From positions 5,148,001-5,212,000 of the forward strand of contig NC_087250.1 of NCBI RefSeq assembly GCF_037042905.1: a stretch of DNA of 64,000 bases. The letters run 5' to 3'. Of this stretch, positions 1-12,413 are shown one piece after another. A program made the position numbers and the translations under genes. The stretch comes from Lytechinus pictus (lineage: Eukaryota). Position 1 is the stretch's first letter. Each line of letters starts with the position of its first letter. The notes beneath the pieces were generated by a model. The model was given only the letters and a program-made list of their open reading frames with translations, was not told the origin of the DNA and searched no databases.

Positions 1-267
1 CCAATCATCACTTTGTCTAGACCAGTTCATCTAACGTCCATGCGCAGTGAGTTTTTTTACTGTTGCGCCACTCACCTGTCACTGCCTGACTACAATGGTT
101 CTAGAAATCTTTTGCAATGTTGAAAAGTGTCTTGTGGCATCTGATATTAATCCTCAGTAATTCCCTGAAATGCTGCAACGTTTGGTTAAAAGATCCAGCA
201 AAAGACAAAGGAGTTAAGCGCAGTCAAAGTCAGACTTGCAAACTTGGTCTGTACGGTGCGAATTTAA

Positions 268-1207
268 GGACGTTCCACATGCACAGTTAAAGTGAAAACC
301 ATGTCATTTTCACCAAACTTTGCACATAGATACTTTAGAACCTTAATATTCGAAATATGCAAAAATTAACATAGGTCCATGTGCTTGATTTTTTGCTATA
401 GAACTTCAAAGTTCACCCAAATTGATGTTCTTAAGAATTGCGCATTCAAAAGAATTTTGCATTTTTAGACCGCCCAAGATTACTACAATGAGTTTTAACC
501 TGTATTACTCAGTCAAAATACATGAAAAAGTCATAAAATTTCGCAAGAGAGTTAATAATTGTATCGTTAGAATGGAGAATATATTTAAAGTGCTATTTGT
601 TTGCAATTTTAAGTTTAACAGCACTGTCAGTTCTTAAAAATGGCGTAAAAGATAACAAAATCCCAATCTAAAAAATGTGAAATTTCAGTAACAAACTACA
701 AAAGTACAATAAATGCTGCACTTTATTCAAAATCCATGTCATTTTCACCAAAATTTGTAGAGTTGTAGAGGAAGGTATACCTAAGAGGAACAAACATTAA
801 AAAATAGGGGTTCATGTGCTTGTTTTTAAACTATCAGTACTTTTATTAGAGCAAATGTGCTTTTTAAAACACCAAAAATGCGCCGAATGCTTTGTATCTA
901 TGTGAAGAAAAAATCAAAACCACTCTACCATTTATTCAATCTCGGGGTAATATTCGTGATTCTTGGCAGCACTGCAGAGTAAAGTATTTTGAAATTGTAG
1001 AGAATCTTTTTTTGAATGGTCCATGGAATAATTCAATTTTTTAGCTTCATGAAATAACGCATCGGATCTGCAGTTAAAGTGCAGAAGATGAGAAAAATCA
1101 GCACATACCCGCAGCTAATTAATCACCTGTTCATCCATTGTGACGTCAGCGCGCAGTGTAAACTATGCGCAGATCATAATGCGCACAAACATAACTGTGG
1201 AACGTCC
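268..1207. mobile_element. TTAA-flanked MITE (Kolobok-like)
   Basis: TTAA at 264-267 and 1208-1211; TIR GGACGTTCCACA / TGTGGAACGTCC. Confidence 0.75.
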
Positions 1208-1549
1208 TTAAGCTGCCATTTTTCTCGGGCAACGATTTGAGACGCCCACACTAAGCAATCGATGTTTCCAAAACTGCCCGCTCAAGTTACCAATATTTGG
1301 TATCAAAATATAGATTATAAAAAAATGCTCACGATCATTTCATTTTGAAGGTGGGGGTGACAATTGTTATCAAAATAAGAGGGGTTGGCGACTCAACGTA
1401 TATCTTAACCCACGGAGAGGTTTCAACAATGCAGCTGAGTCAATGCACTTTTGTGTACGATCGGTGCGTGTGTGTGCGCATGCGCGATATGTCTGTGTAG
1501 TAAATGTATTGGATTTTTCGAATCGGCGACTCAAAATATACCCATCATT

Positions 1550-2213
1550 GGGCCGTATGCATAAAGACAAGCAATTGCTTATAAGCAAATGCTTTAAGCA
1601 AAAGCAAGAGCTGGTCAAGCAAAAGGGCAAGTTCAAGCAATTGCTTAAATTCGTATGCACAAGCTTTTGCTTGTGCTGAAACCTTTTGCTTGCACTGCCT
1701 AAGCAATTGCTTATGTGTTGGACAAAGGATCGTTACGGTTGTGCGAACATCGCACAGTAGGACAACAACGCTTCGTGCCCGAACTGGCAGCAGTATTTTT
1801 TTATTACGCAAATAGGGGGAAAACAGCGCAGAGCATCAGGGGGGTTTCTGTGTAGATCGATGGACAAAAATTGCCGTAAAAAGTCTAAAATAACAGGAAA
1901 TTGATTAGATATGAAATCACAACATAACCTCTGGAATATGGAGCTTGAAACGGTATGAAAATTTAATCCTTAAACGAGAATGCCCTGAGTAAGCAAGAGC
2001 TGAAGCTGGTCCGGAGGTGCTTGAAAAAACGCAAGCAATTGCTTATCAAGACAAGTAAATTGCTTGTTTGGTAAGCATTTGCTTACGAGTAGTGAGCAAT
2101 TGTTTGTGCTTGTAAGTAAAAGCTTTTGCTTATAAGCAATTGCTTGTTTGTGTGCATACCGATTCAAGCAAAAGGCTAGCACAAGCAATTGCTTGTTTTT
2201 ATGCATACGGCCC
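1550..2213. mobile_element. PIF/Harbinger-like MITE
   Basis: TIR GGGCCGTATGCATAAA; 3-bp TSD ATT at 1547-1549 and 2214-2216; multiple internal AAGCAATTGCTT palindromes. Confidence 0.8.
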
Positions 2214-2227
2214 ATTGTGTCGCCGTT

Positions 2228-2235
2228 CCGGAAGT
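2228..2235 (+). promoter_or_regulatory. ETS/GABP-type motif CCGGAAGT upstream of the candidate ACAA2 first exon
   Basis: Exact CCGGAAGT about 10 nt before the ATG at 2245. An NRF1-like TGCGCATGCGC lies near 1475. Short motifs only. Confidence 0.25.
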
Positions 2236-2244
2236 GTGTAATTC

Positions 2245-2341
2245 ATGATGTTCTTACTAAAAACTGTAGCAATTTCAGGAGAAAAGTTTATCATATATTT
2301 CAAAGGATTTGTGGATACTTTCATCTCATACAAAGATTTGG
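2245..2341 (+). CDS. ACAA2: Candidate first coding exon of ACAA2 (uncertain)
   Basis: Open frame ATG ATG TTC...GAT TTG G ending at a gtaaga donor. Phase 1 matches the exon at 6352. No homology support for the peptide. Confidence 0.3.
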
Positions 2342-2614
2342 GTAAGAATTTTTTTTTTTGGTTGCAAAATTGAAGGTTGAAGACTGCCGATGGCGACTCA
2401 CTGCGCATGGACGTTATGCCTAGGCTATGGCCATCTCGTCTCACAATCAGTTGGTCTAATATATTTTTTTTCATTCATTTTTCCCAATTTACACTTAGTC
2501 TAATTAGACCAAATGGTATGGACTTTTTTATGGCTATTGGCAAATTGGACCAACTGGTTATTAGACTAAATGTTGAGTGGATGAAACGGCAATTAGACCC
2601 CCCCCCCCAAAAAA

Positions 2615-2965
2615 AAAAATAGTTAGAATCATAGCTGGAGCAAACCCAAGATCTAAAGTTAGCACATTATACTCTGAGCTTAAACTGCTTATTTTAGAAG
2701 AAATTACAACCTACCAGCAATTTTTTTTTGTTTATCAGTGTATCAATCGGCTTATGCCTGTTAATTTTTCTCAGTTGTTTGATACAAATCAGAATTTATA
2801 TAAATACAATACATGCTCCTCTTCATTAATTCATTTGCCAAGACACAGGACCTGTTCTTATCAACATAATATTTGTTTTATAGGTCAAAAAAGTTGAACA
2901 ATTTACCTACAGACATCAGACATGCACCAACTTATATAACTTTAAGAAAAAACTTAAGAAAAAAC
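2615..2965 (+). mobile_element. LINE ORF2 C-terminal fragment (CR1/L2 group)
   Basis: Translation KIVRIIAG...LMPVNFSQLF..NQNLYKYNT resembles the C-terminus of the LINE at 39737-40195. Confidence 0.7.
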
Positions 2966-3180
2966 TTACGTCCGGTCCCTAAATTTTGTGATTTGCTTTA
3001 TAGATTTAGTTGTGGGATGATTGGTTGATGATTTTTTTTCTGTTTCAAATGACATACTAGTATTTTATATAAAGTTGCCCTGTCCCCCCCCCCCCATTTT
3101 CCCTACATTGTTTTGTATTGTACTCTGTTTCATAAGTTTATTTCATGTACTATGTATTCATTGTTTATGTCACAGTGCAC

Positions 3181-6079
3181 CATAGAGATGTATACTAACT
3201 ACGCTAGAGTGCGGAGTCGCCATAGGCGCGCGTACTTAACGTCTGTGATTGTGTGGAGCGTGGCGGCCATTGCTCGATAGGTATAGATTCGCAAAAGTAC
3301 CCGGATGTACCCATAGCTCGTGCGTTGTAACGCTGTGAAAAGGGGTGCCGTCTCCGGCCTTTATCTTGAAGAAAAGAACACAACCTCATAAAAATCGAAA
3401 ATATGAATGACAAATTGCATCTCAATACACTATTAGAGTGATTACATGGGGATTATGCTATTAATTTGGCATTTTAAAAACCTGATTTCTCGGGATGAAA
3501 TTCTAAATAATTTGCATTTACCTGTCCGTTTATAGGCCTGTAATAGATAACAATGTTGATATACTATCATATAAACAATCATATAAAAATAAAAACATAC
3601 AGCGGACATTAATAGAAAGATTGACAATTAATTCAAAAGACTGCAGTGAATTAGCCCTTCTCTGGATTTCCCTACCTTTAACTGCATCGTCCTCCTTCCA
3701 TCCTTCCCACATTTACGTCCTTTGATTCTATGTTTATGTTGGATATAATTTTGTAATTTCTATATAGGCCTACATGATATGTAACTTGCTTTAATTTGTA
3801 TGAAATATAGGCCTATCATTTTTATACATTAAGTTGTACAATTAATTCTGTATAAGTTAGTGTTTTGATCTACATGCGCTATTAAAGGGCATCTCATTAT
3901 TGTTCTTGGTGAGCCTCCCGTTACACCATCAATGTTGAAATTTGTGTTATTTGGTGAACGTGCTGATTTTGTTCTTATAGGAACATAATAAATTCCCCAA
4001 AATCTGCAGGCCTATATGGCCCGAAAATAAAATATTGATTTAAAATGTCGAGAATATAGCCTAATTTGTTCAAACTTTTAAAAAATGACAGTTTTAATTC
4101 CCTTCACTTTAAGTTAGATTTTTTTAATTCGCTTTTTAGGGGCCGTGTGTGCAATTAAAATAACAAACACACCTAAGCAAATTCGCTTTAACATACTGAT
4201 CAAAATAAAATACAGGGGGCGCGACCGGACCCCTCCCTGAAATGAAAATGAACATTACACATAATAAATGATTGTGATTTTATGCACCCCATCGCTTTCA
4301 AAATCATTCCGCGACGCCGTAACATAATAAAATAATTTTGTTCATCCATGGAAATCTTATTTAAAAAAAAACGATCGAATACTCAAACTCAGGTCCATAG
4401 GCCAGCAAATGACATTAAAGGAAGAAAACTAGAAAATCAAATTCAGTTATACTTTTAAAATGAAAAACAAAACTGGATATTCAAAACGCGTGTTTATCTG
4501 TTTATATGTTAGGCCGGTGCCAGTGCTTACAAATATTTGCCATAAAGTTCATTTATTCAAGCGACACAGACACAGTTAATTAACACAATTTCAAGGCAGG
4601 TATCAAATTTGAGATTAAATTAGGATTTTTAATATCTTATTCCAAGTATTGTCACTTTTGCAATATTATTGTTTCATAATTATGTTTGGTTTTAGTACTC
4701 ACAATTTTGCAACCGTTTTCATAATTATGATAAGTTTGCATTGATGTCTTTCATGATATTAGTTTTATACACTCTTGCAGTAGTAATAATATTCTTTATA
4801 GTATAATACAAATTATATATCATAATCCCGCCCCTTTTCTTCTCTCCTTCTCCCCCTTCTTCCTCTCCTTATTATTCTATCCTTGATTTGTTCACATGAT
4901 ATTGGTCCAATCATTATAGGATCAGAAACAACGGCGATAAACAAAATATTTCAGCCAGTTTGCCGATCAGCATATTTTCAGCCGGGGAGAATCAAGTCTA
5001 TACTTTCCAGAAAATCAAAGTGAAATTGTTTTGCGCATTGTGATTTGTTTACTCTCCGAAGTTTTAAAATGTTTGCAAGGCAATAACACTGTACATAAAC
5101 ATCCAACCCCCCATTAGGCCTCCTGTACATTGCAAAATTGTACGACTGCATGCGCGCATTTGATATGCAAATTTTGCTGTCAACAAACTTTTCTATACAT
5201 TGATCGCAAGTAAGAAAGTATACTTTTATATACATATTTATAAATATGATGGGATGGTTGCCAGCAAAGGAAATCTAAATCATCAATTTTTAACTGAATC
5301 AATGCGTAAATCATTTCCAAATATCAATAAAAAGTCATTTTATGATTCGCGAGTTTTTGTGATGTTGGTTTACATCAGCGTGTAAGACATGGGGAAAAGG
5401 GATCGAGTTATTATAGGCCCTATTGTGTAGATATATATGGAAAATGAATTATAACAATTATCTAAAGTGAAGAAATAAATTATCAGCAATCAGCATAATA
5501 GTAATTAGGAAACTATGAACTATAAAAATACAATCGTGGTTTTTTTTTCGATACAGCGTCTCAGATGCATCAGACACTGTGATATGGCCTATGAATTTTC
5601 TTAGGTTAATGTACATCAAATCATATTAAAACACATTAAATTTATTTATCAGGACCTAGGTCTAAATGTTATTTTTGATATTCATCTCTTCCAAATCATT
5701 AGAAAATAGAAGTCATATTAATGTATCGAAATTTTACCTAAGCAAAAACAATTGGGACTTTAAATCGTTTGCCTGTATTATAGCTGTATCGGCCTATATT
5801 ATGCGCTATAGATAGGCCTATATAGGCCTTTTGACCTCAGTTTTGCTAGATTTTTGTTGTATTTGAACTTTAATCCAGTGCAATATTTACAATTTTGCTT
5901 TTCCATATGCTTTCGTGCTCAATTTGTCATGTTCTGTGCTCATCCGTGTACATGCCCCATAGGTACTGTACGCGCATGGCAGGCTGCGAATACCTATCGA
6001 GCAATGGCGGACGGTCTCCACGTAATCACAGCGATTTGACGAAGTACGCCCTCTAGCGTTACTAGTATACATCTCTATG
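3181..6079. mobile_element. Non-autonomous hAT-like DNA transposon (2.9 kb)
   Basis: Termini CATAGAGATGTATACTA / TAGTATACATCTCTATG with about 100 bp of imperfect TIR; perfect 8-bp TSD CAGTGCAC at 3173-3180 and 6080-6087; no transposase ORF. Confidence 0.85.
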
Positions 6080-6351
6080 CAGTGCACTCATCACAAGCTG
6101 TGCTTTCTGAGTTGCTACCTCCATTGTTTTGTTCAAGTTCATAAAAAGTATTGAAGCTTTATCGTTGGAAATAAATGTACTTCATTAATTCACTATGTGG
6201 ATATTTGACGAACTGCTGGTAGACCAAATGATAGTAGACGAGTTGATAATTGGACGAATTAGCATTGGACCAAATGAAAATAAACCCTATTTACTTTCTA
6301 CTTTCACCCGTTGTTCAAAGAGCTTGCCCTCTGCATTATAATTGTTTTCAG

Positions 6352-6518
6352 GAATCTTCATTGTCGGTGCCAAGCGCACTCCTTTTGGTACCTTTGGTGG
6401 TGTTCTAAAGGATAAGACTGGTACAGACCTTGCTGAAGTGGCGGCCAAGGCGGCGCTAGCATCGGGCAACATCAACCCTGAAATCATAGATACCACTGTC
6501 ATTGGAAATGTGGCACAG
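6352..6518 (+). CDS. ACAA2: Mitochondrial 3-ketoacyl-CoA thiolase, coding exon (GIFIVGAKRTPFG...GNVAQ)
   Basis: Thiolase N-terminal KRTPFG motif; ag/gt boundaries; 167 nt. Confidence 0.95.
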
Positions 6519-6560
6519 GTGAGGACTTAACAAAGGCTAAAAAGACTTAGTGCAACTTGA

Positions 6561-6633
6561 AAAAAGAAAGAAGTAAGAAAGAAAAATGAGAAAGAAAGAA
6601 AGAAAGAAAGAAAAAAAAGAAAGAAAGAAAGGG
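6561..6633. repeat. (GAAA)n microsatellite
   Basis: Direct reading. Confidence 0.9.
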
Positions 6634-6729
6634 AAACCGGGAACATATGTGATCTCATTTTCTAAATATTCAAAATCTATTACAAAATTGTTTAAAAATC
6701 CACAAACGCCATTTTTAATAGTCCTATAT

Positions 6730-7020
6730 TTATCATTGTCTTTATTATATCAATTATAATGTTTTCATCTTTGTCAATATTATAATCAGCAGTAATAATG
6801 TAGGTCGTAATATTATCATAATTTTCATTATTATCACTGTAGGTGTTGCTATCATTGTTGTTGTTGTTGTTGATATTGTTATTATTATTCTTATTATTGT
6901 TATTATTATCATCATCGTTATTATCACTGTAGGTGTTGTTAACATTATTGATGTTGTTGATGTTTTTATTATTATTTTATTATTATTATCATCACTATTG
7001 TTGTTGTTATAATTGCTATT
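6730..7020. repeat. Degenerate (ATT/GTT)n low-complexity tract
   Basis: Direct reading; it explains ORF 6754..6945. Confidence 0.85.
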
Positions 7021-7096
7021 TCAAGATTTGGTGCCACTTGGTAAAATTTCATATCCATGGCTGACTCTGGTAAATTTTTGGGCCATTTGTCACTAT

Positions 7097-7407
7097 GGCC
7101 CGTATTCTGAAGTCGGGTTGAATTTAAACCCAGGTTTAAAGTTGTGGTTTAAGTATGGGAAGCCATAAGTATCAAAATTATTAATAAGTTGTATGTTTCT
7201 TATGTTTACTGCGCTCTTTCCTGATTCATCGATGGTAAAGACAATAATCTGCTTATACTTCCTAGACAATTATGAATGATTTGAGAGCCAAATGAGCTGA
7301 AGTATGATATCTCTACAGGTAGTGATTTATGTAACAATTGGCTATCCATACTTAAACTACAGCTTTAAACCTGAGTTTAAGTTAAACCTGATATCAGAAT
7401 ACGGGCC
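7097..7407. mobile_element. Harbinger-like MITE
   Basis: TIR GGCCCGTATTCTGA; a second copy at 22939-24149; an adjacent empty-site duplicate indicates a 3-bp TSD. Confidence 0.8.
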
Positions 7408-8348
7408 TTTATCTTTAAGCCTTAGATTTCTATACGGCAAGTCCCCATTTTCTCGCGGACACATTTTTATTGTTAATAGAGCATGAAAAGAAAGAAATTT
7501 TTTGGGGGCCATTTGTCACTTTATCTTTAAGCCTTAGATTTCTATACAGTAAGTCCCCATTTTCTCACAGACACATTTTTATTTTTAATAGAGCATGAAA
7601 AGAAAGAAAAAAAAAATGATAAAAGAGGGACACAATTCCCAAGGCTACTAATTGGAGTCTGAGGCAAATCATAAAATAGAGATGAAATATTAAGGTTTAA
7701 TAAAAGAGCATGTTTTTGCAATAATTTTGTTTCATAATGTTGAAAGTACCCATATTTTGTATCATTTGAATGAAGTGAAATATTATTACAATTGATTTCT
7801 TCTGGGAAGTACATTTTTAAAGAAGCAAGGATGTTGGAACAAATATATTAGGGTTTGGGATTTTTTAAGCAGCCATCCCAATATACACACTAAATTGCCA
7901 TGGGAATTCTGTAAGTAGCCAGAATGATAATTTGATTTTCAAACAGTAAAAATTACGAATCTGAATGAGTAATTTCTTCTTCATACAGTCAGAATTTGAC
8001 ATTGGGCCTTTTCACACTTGAATCTTGAATTATCATTCTAATGATGATTGTTATTGTAATCGAGACTTTGATTAGCGTTCGCGATTCTCTAATCATCTTC
8101 TAGTTTGGTTTCACATGTGCTATATATTCGTCATTAGTCTTATTTTTCACTGGAATCATCATTCAAATTACGATTTTTTTTACCGTGTGAAAGGGTGGAT
8201 GTTATGTTAAATTAAATACAAAATAAAATAATTTCTTGGAGTCCTTTTTTGTGGACTATTTGGAAGATTCACTGAGATTGCAGTGTGCACATCTCATGCT
8301 TGAGTGAACCAAAACTTGAAACCTTCTTTTCTCCTTTTTTTTTATTAA

Positions 8349-8901
8349 AGGAAACCAAAACCCAAGAAGAGAAGCAATCTTATTGGAAAGAGTAAAATGA
8401 GAGGAGCAATAAAAAAAAAGTTTCATCAAAATCGGTTATGAAATAAGCAAGTTATGGACATTTAAAAAGTCTTTTTACAAGTACTTTTTATGGGATTTCA
8501 AATTGGCAAACATGCTTCTAAATGCCAAATTTTGTGGACAACTCTCCATTTGTTTTGTACACAAATATTCAGATTTTCCTCATTATCTTTCAAATTGCAT
8601 CTTGCCTCCTGAGCACAACATATGTCATGGGAAAATATAATTCACACCGCATATGTCAAGGTCACGAGATGATGTGAAATATGTTAAATAAAGGGGAACA
8701 TCTGAAAATTTGTGTACAAAACAAATGGAGAGTTGTCCACAAAATCAGCAATTTTGAAGCATTGCCAATTTGAGGATCCCCATAGAAAGTACAACAAGAC
8801 TTTTTATTTCATAACCAATTTTGATGAAACGTTTTTTTAATTGTTCCTCTCATTTTACTCTTTCCAATAAGAGTGCTTCTCTTCTTGGGTTTTGGTTTCC
8901 T
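8349..8901. mobile_element. TTAA-flanked long-TIR MITE (Kolobok-like)
   Basis: TTAA|AGGAAACCAAAACCCAAGAAGAGAAGCA...TTTCCT|TTAA with about 240-bp inverted arms. Confidence 0.85.
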
Positions 8902-9031
8902 TTAAGCTCTCACTGAAGTACTTGTGTTTTATGATTGATCAGTAATGAAAAGTATTGCATCCTGTGATTATCATTGTTATTATTGTTTCAAACAAAAGGC
9001 ACTTATGATGTTTGTTTCCAAGCTCAATAAA

Positions 9032-9386
9032 ACAAAGCTGCCAACCAGTACGTTTTTGGCGTATTTAGTCCTTTTTTTTTTTTTTTTAATTTATTGAGAA
9101 AAATCATCCCTATACAGTATGTCTCTTTAATATGGTTATTGGGTCAATGTAATTTCAGGTAAATTTTTTTTTCAATCATTTTGTTAAAACCAGGGTGAGT
9201 TATGCACATGTTTCAATGTTTTTTTTTCATCTGCAAGAGCAGTGCGCATTTTAGCTGGCATGCAGCTTGAGTGCTGCAATGAGCGCGCACGCCACGCATT
9301 TTATTATGAAATACAGTTTTTATTGGGAAAAAAATGTTTTTTTATCACAGAATACAATTTTTCATTCTCAGAGGTTGGCAGGTCTG
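9032..9386. mobile_element. hAT-like MITE (CAGAGCTGCCAA family), degenerate
   Basis: Internal sequence matches the copy at 23299-23743. Confidence 0.65.
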
Positions 9387-9626
9387 ATAAAATATCCAAA
9401 TTCTTTTTGGGCAAGTTATTGTCGGTTTGGGGTTGGCAGGTCATATTTGTTAGAATCTTTGATCAAGTTGAGAGTTAACCCATTGCCTGCTGAAACCGGG
9501 TTGTCCCTGTACAAAGCCGGAAACTACAGAATCCATTAATGGGATAAAAGTTGTAAAAATCAGAGATAAAAGGAAATGTCAGAAATGTGAATATTCATCG
9601 TTTACCCCTATTTCTCTTTCTACTAG

Positions 9627-9755
9627 ACATCGCCAGATGCTGCTTACACCGCCAGGCACGTTGCACTCCGCTGTGGGGTACCCATGTCGAAGCCCGCCCT
9701 CACTGTTAACAGACTGTGTGGGTCCGGGTTCACTTCGATAGTAACAGCTACGCAG
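9627..9755 (+). CDS. ACAA2: ACAA2 coding exon with catalytic Cys (TSPDAAY...TVNRLCGSGFTSIVTATQ)
   Basis: Thiolase NRLCGSG active-site motif; tag/gtaaat boundaries; 129 nt. Confidence 0.95.
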
Positions 9756-10118
9756 GTAAATGACATACGTACGCCATAGGAGTGCCATTCTCAGAAGAAC
9801 GTAATTCATTTTCCCAATGTTTTGTCTTGTAGTCTGGCAATCTTGCACAGTTTTTTAAACATTTTGTTTGGATACAAACTGGTGGCAATACAGAGAAACA
9901 GTATTTTATGGAAAACTTCTTCCCCAGTATCTAGTCAGTGCTCCTGAAAGTAAGCACAAATATTAATCTTGGGATGAAGAAATACAGGATTTATTTTCTA
10001 AATGTGTTCGAATTTGCAGTACCATTGTAATGCCATAGGGCGGGGGTATAAATCACCTTCAGTGATATTTCTAGTAATGGTAAGTCTAATTATTCATTCT
10101 CATCTTTACTATTTTTAG

Positions 10119-10235
10119 GAGATATTGGCCGGTGATGCCGAGGTCGCTCTGACCGGGGGAACAGAGAATATGAGCATGGCTCCCTACACCCTGAGAGGGG
10201 CAAGGTTTGGCACCAAACTCGGCGAAGATCAGAAG
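10119..10235 (+). CDS. ACAA2: ACAA2 coding exon (EILAGDAEVALTGGTENMSMAPY...RFGTKLGEDQK)
   Basis: GGxExMS thiolase motif; canonical splice sites; 117 nt. Confidence 0.95.
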
Positions 10236-10326
10236 GTATGATACAGGCAAAATAAATATATATTTTTTTGGACTACTTGTCACAACAAATTGCTTAAAAC
10301 CGCAGAATTGGATGTATAAGCTTTAA

Positions 10327-10920
10327 AGGACAAGGCCACCCCAACAAAAAGCTGATTTGAATAGAAAGACAAAAATCAAACAAGCGTAACACTGAAAATT
10401 TCATCAAAATCAGATGTAAAATAAGAAAGTTATAACATTTTAAAGTTTCGCCTATTTTCTCAAAACAGTTATCTGCACATCCTGTTCGGTATGCAAATGA
10501 GGGGACCGATGACATCACCCACTCACCATTTCTTTGTATTTTATTATATGAAATATGAAATATTTTGATTTTCTTGTCATTGTCATGTGAAAAAAAGTTT
10601 CATTCCTCCCTAAACACATGGAATTCCATTAACATTTTGTGGTTCAAGCAAGGGGGTCCTAATTGTCAAATTCGTGAAAATTGAAATATTGTATAATTCA
10701 AACAATGACAAACAAAAGAAATAGTGAGTGAGTGACATCATCAACTCTCTCATTTGCATATCACTGAGTTGAGCATAGAACTGTTTTGTGAAAAATAAGC
10801 GAAACTTTAAAATGTCATAACTTTCTTATTTTACTTCCGATTTTGATGAAGTTTTCAGCGTTATTCATGATTTTTCTCTATTTATTTAAATAAACTTTTT
10901 TTCTGGGGTGGACTTGACCT
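10327..10920. mobile_element. TTAA-flanked MITE (Kolobok-like)
   Basis: TTAA|AGGACAAGGCCACCCCA...TGGGGTGGACTTGACCT|TTAA; inverted AAATTTCATCAAAATC subterminal motifs. Confidence 0.8.
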
Positions 10921-11183
10921 TTAACAATGCAATGAACGAAGAATTTTGGGGGCTCTTTTTAAATTTTTGAGGCTCTTTGATCATTTTGGTCCCCTGCGTA
11001 TTTTTTCCTGGTAGAGTATGTTCATGGTTTGTCATCGTTGATTACTGGGGCCTGTTTTGCAAAGGGTTACAACGATTGTAACTTTGCCATTATGGCAACT
11101 ACCATGGAAAATCTTGATTTTGATTGGCTGCCCTACCATGTTACCATGGTAGTTGCCATTATGGCAAAGTTACCATAGTTTAA

Positions 11184-11888
11184 CCCTAAGAAGACGGGGG
11201 GCTGATTCACACATTTTTCGTGATAAATCCGCCGTGCGAAATTTTTTGACCACGTAGCTCACTGACTTTTTACATTCAAGTCTCGCGCAACTTTTGAGAC
11301 CAAAATTGCGACCCCCGGGTACGCTGTTCCGAAATTACGCAACATTTCGTAAGTGCGTGCAGACCCAAAATTGCTCAAAAACATGAATTTGTGTACAAAT
11401 CCAATGAAAATAGTATTTTTAGTCAAATTCATGAATGTATAATTATTTTCCTTTTACTGATTAAAATAATTTAATTCCATCTTATTTATGGTAAAAATAA
11501 AGTCCCCAAAAATTTCCATTGAAAAAACAATAAAAACAGAAAGTTGAAAAACAGAGAAATACATAAAGAAATTTAGAACACGATGAAATACATTAGAAAA
11601 TAAATGTGATTTTGAAATTTTGATCAGATTCATATAAAGTGTCTGTGTACCAAAAATGGGCATTTTAGGGGCATTATTTAGTTATTATTAGAAAAAACTT
11701 TTGATTTTATGCATAAATTAGCATTATTAATTAGCAATGAGATTTTTCACAGAATTTGATCTTGTAGTTTTGAAGATTAAGCCATGTGTAACGTACGTGC
11801 CATTTTTCGTCGTGATTGCACCATCGACGGCCGAGATCATAAGCGGGGGGGGGGGCTGAATCAGCCCCCAGTCTATTTACATGTAAGG
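11184..11888. mobile_element. TTAA-flanked CCC-terminal MITE (piggyBac-like) nested in a Harbinger-like MITE (~11047-11912)
   Basis: TTAA at 11180-11183 and 11889-11892; inverted GGGGGCTGATTCA ends. Confidence 0.6.
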
Positions 11889-11944
11889 TTAACTCTTCAT
11901 GAACTGAGCCCCGGGTGATTTGACAAATTAATATAGGGTATTGC

Positions 11945-12185
11945 GCACATATCCACATTGTTAGGTGCTCAAGGCGCTCCTATAGTACCCGGCTAAGCTA
12001 AGCGTTCATAGCGCACACAGCTTTTTAAGGAATTACTTCCTACCGGTACCCATTTCCTCACCCGGGTTGAGTGCAGCACATTGTGGATCAGTTTCTTGCC
12101 GAAGGAAATTACGCCATGGCTGGGATTCGAACCCACGACCCTCTGTTTCAAAGTCCAAAAACTAATCCACTGGGCCACAACGCTC
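11945..12185 (-). mobile_element. tRNA-derived SINE
   Basis: On the - strand: A-box-like TGGCCCAGTGG, B-box GGTTCGAATCC and a conserved AAATGGGTACC body; near-identical copy at 37850-38077. Confidence 0.85.
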
Positions 12186-12413
12186 CAATTAGTGTTCTGT
12201 GCAATAGCTGCTGTGTACTCGAATCCATTGTGAGGGCTTTGTGGTCTAATTGTGATAAACATCTGACATTTTCTTCTCGGAAACAATAAACGTATCTTTT
12301 AGAGATGAATCAGTAGTGTATCCAAACACTTGGCTGATGTTGGCGATCAGCATAGGAAATTCATGAGGCAGACGGACGATTTCGCCCTCGTGACAGCCCA
12401 AATCACCCCTTAA

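Larger units (their letters stand above)
34..2414. mobile_element. Putative TA-flanked composite non-autonomous DNA element with a perfect 21-bp inverted repeat
   Basis: TAACGTCCATGCGCAGTGAGT at 32-52 is the exact reverse complement of 2396-2416. The interval contains two nested MITEs. Confidence 0.45.

Noticed and set aside
70..260. - strand donor CAG|GTGAGT suggesting a divergent gene's first exon
   Set aside because: No ATG-initiated open frame reaches the donor, and it lies inside a repeat-bounded segment.
3210..3270. - strand ATGGCCGCC start resembling a housekeeping first exon
   Set aside because: It is part of the terminal inverted repeat of the 3181-6079 element and is mirrored near 6004.
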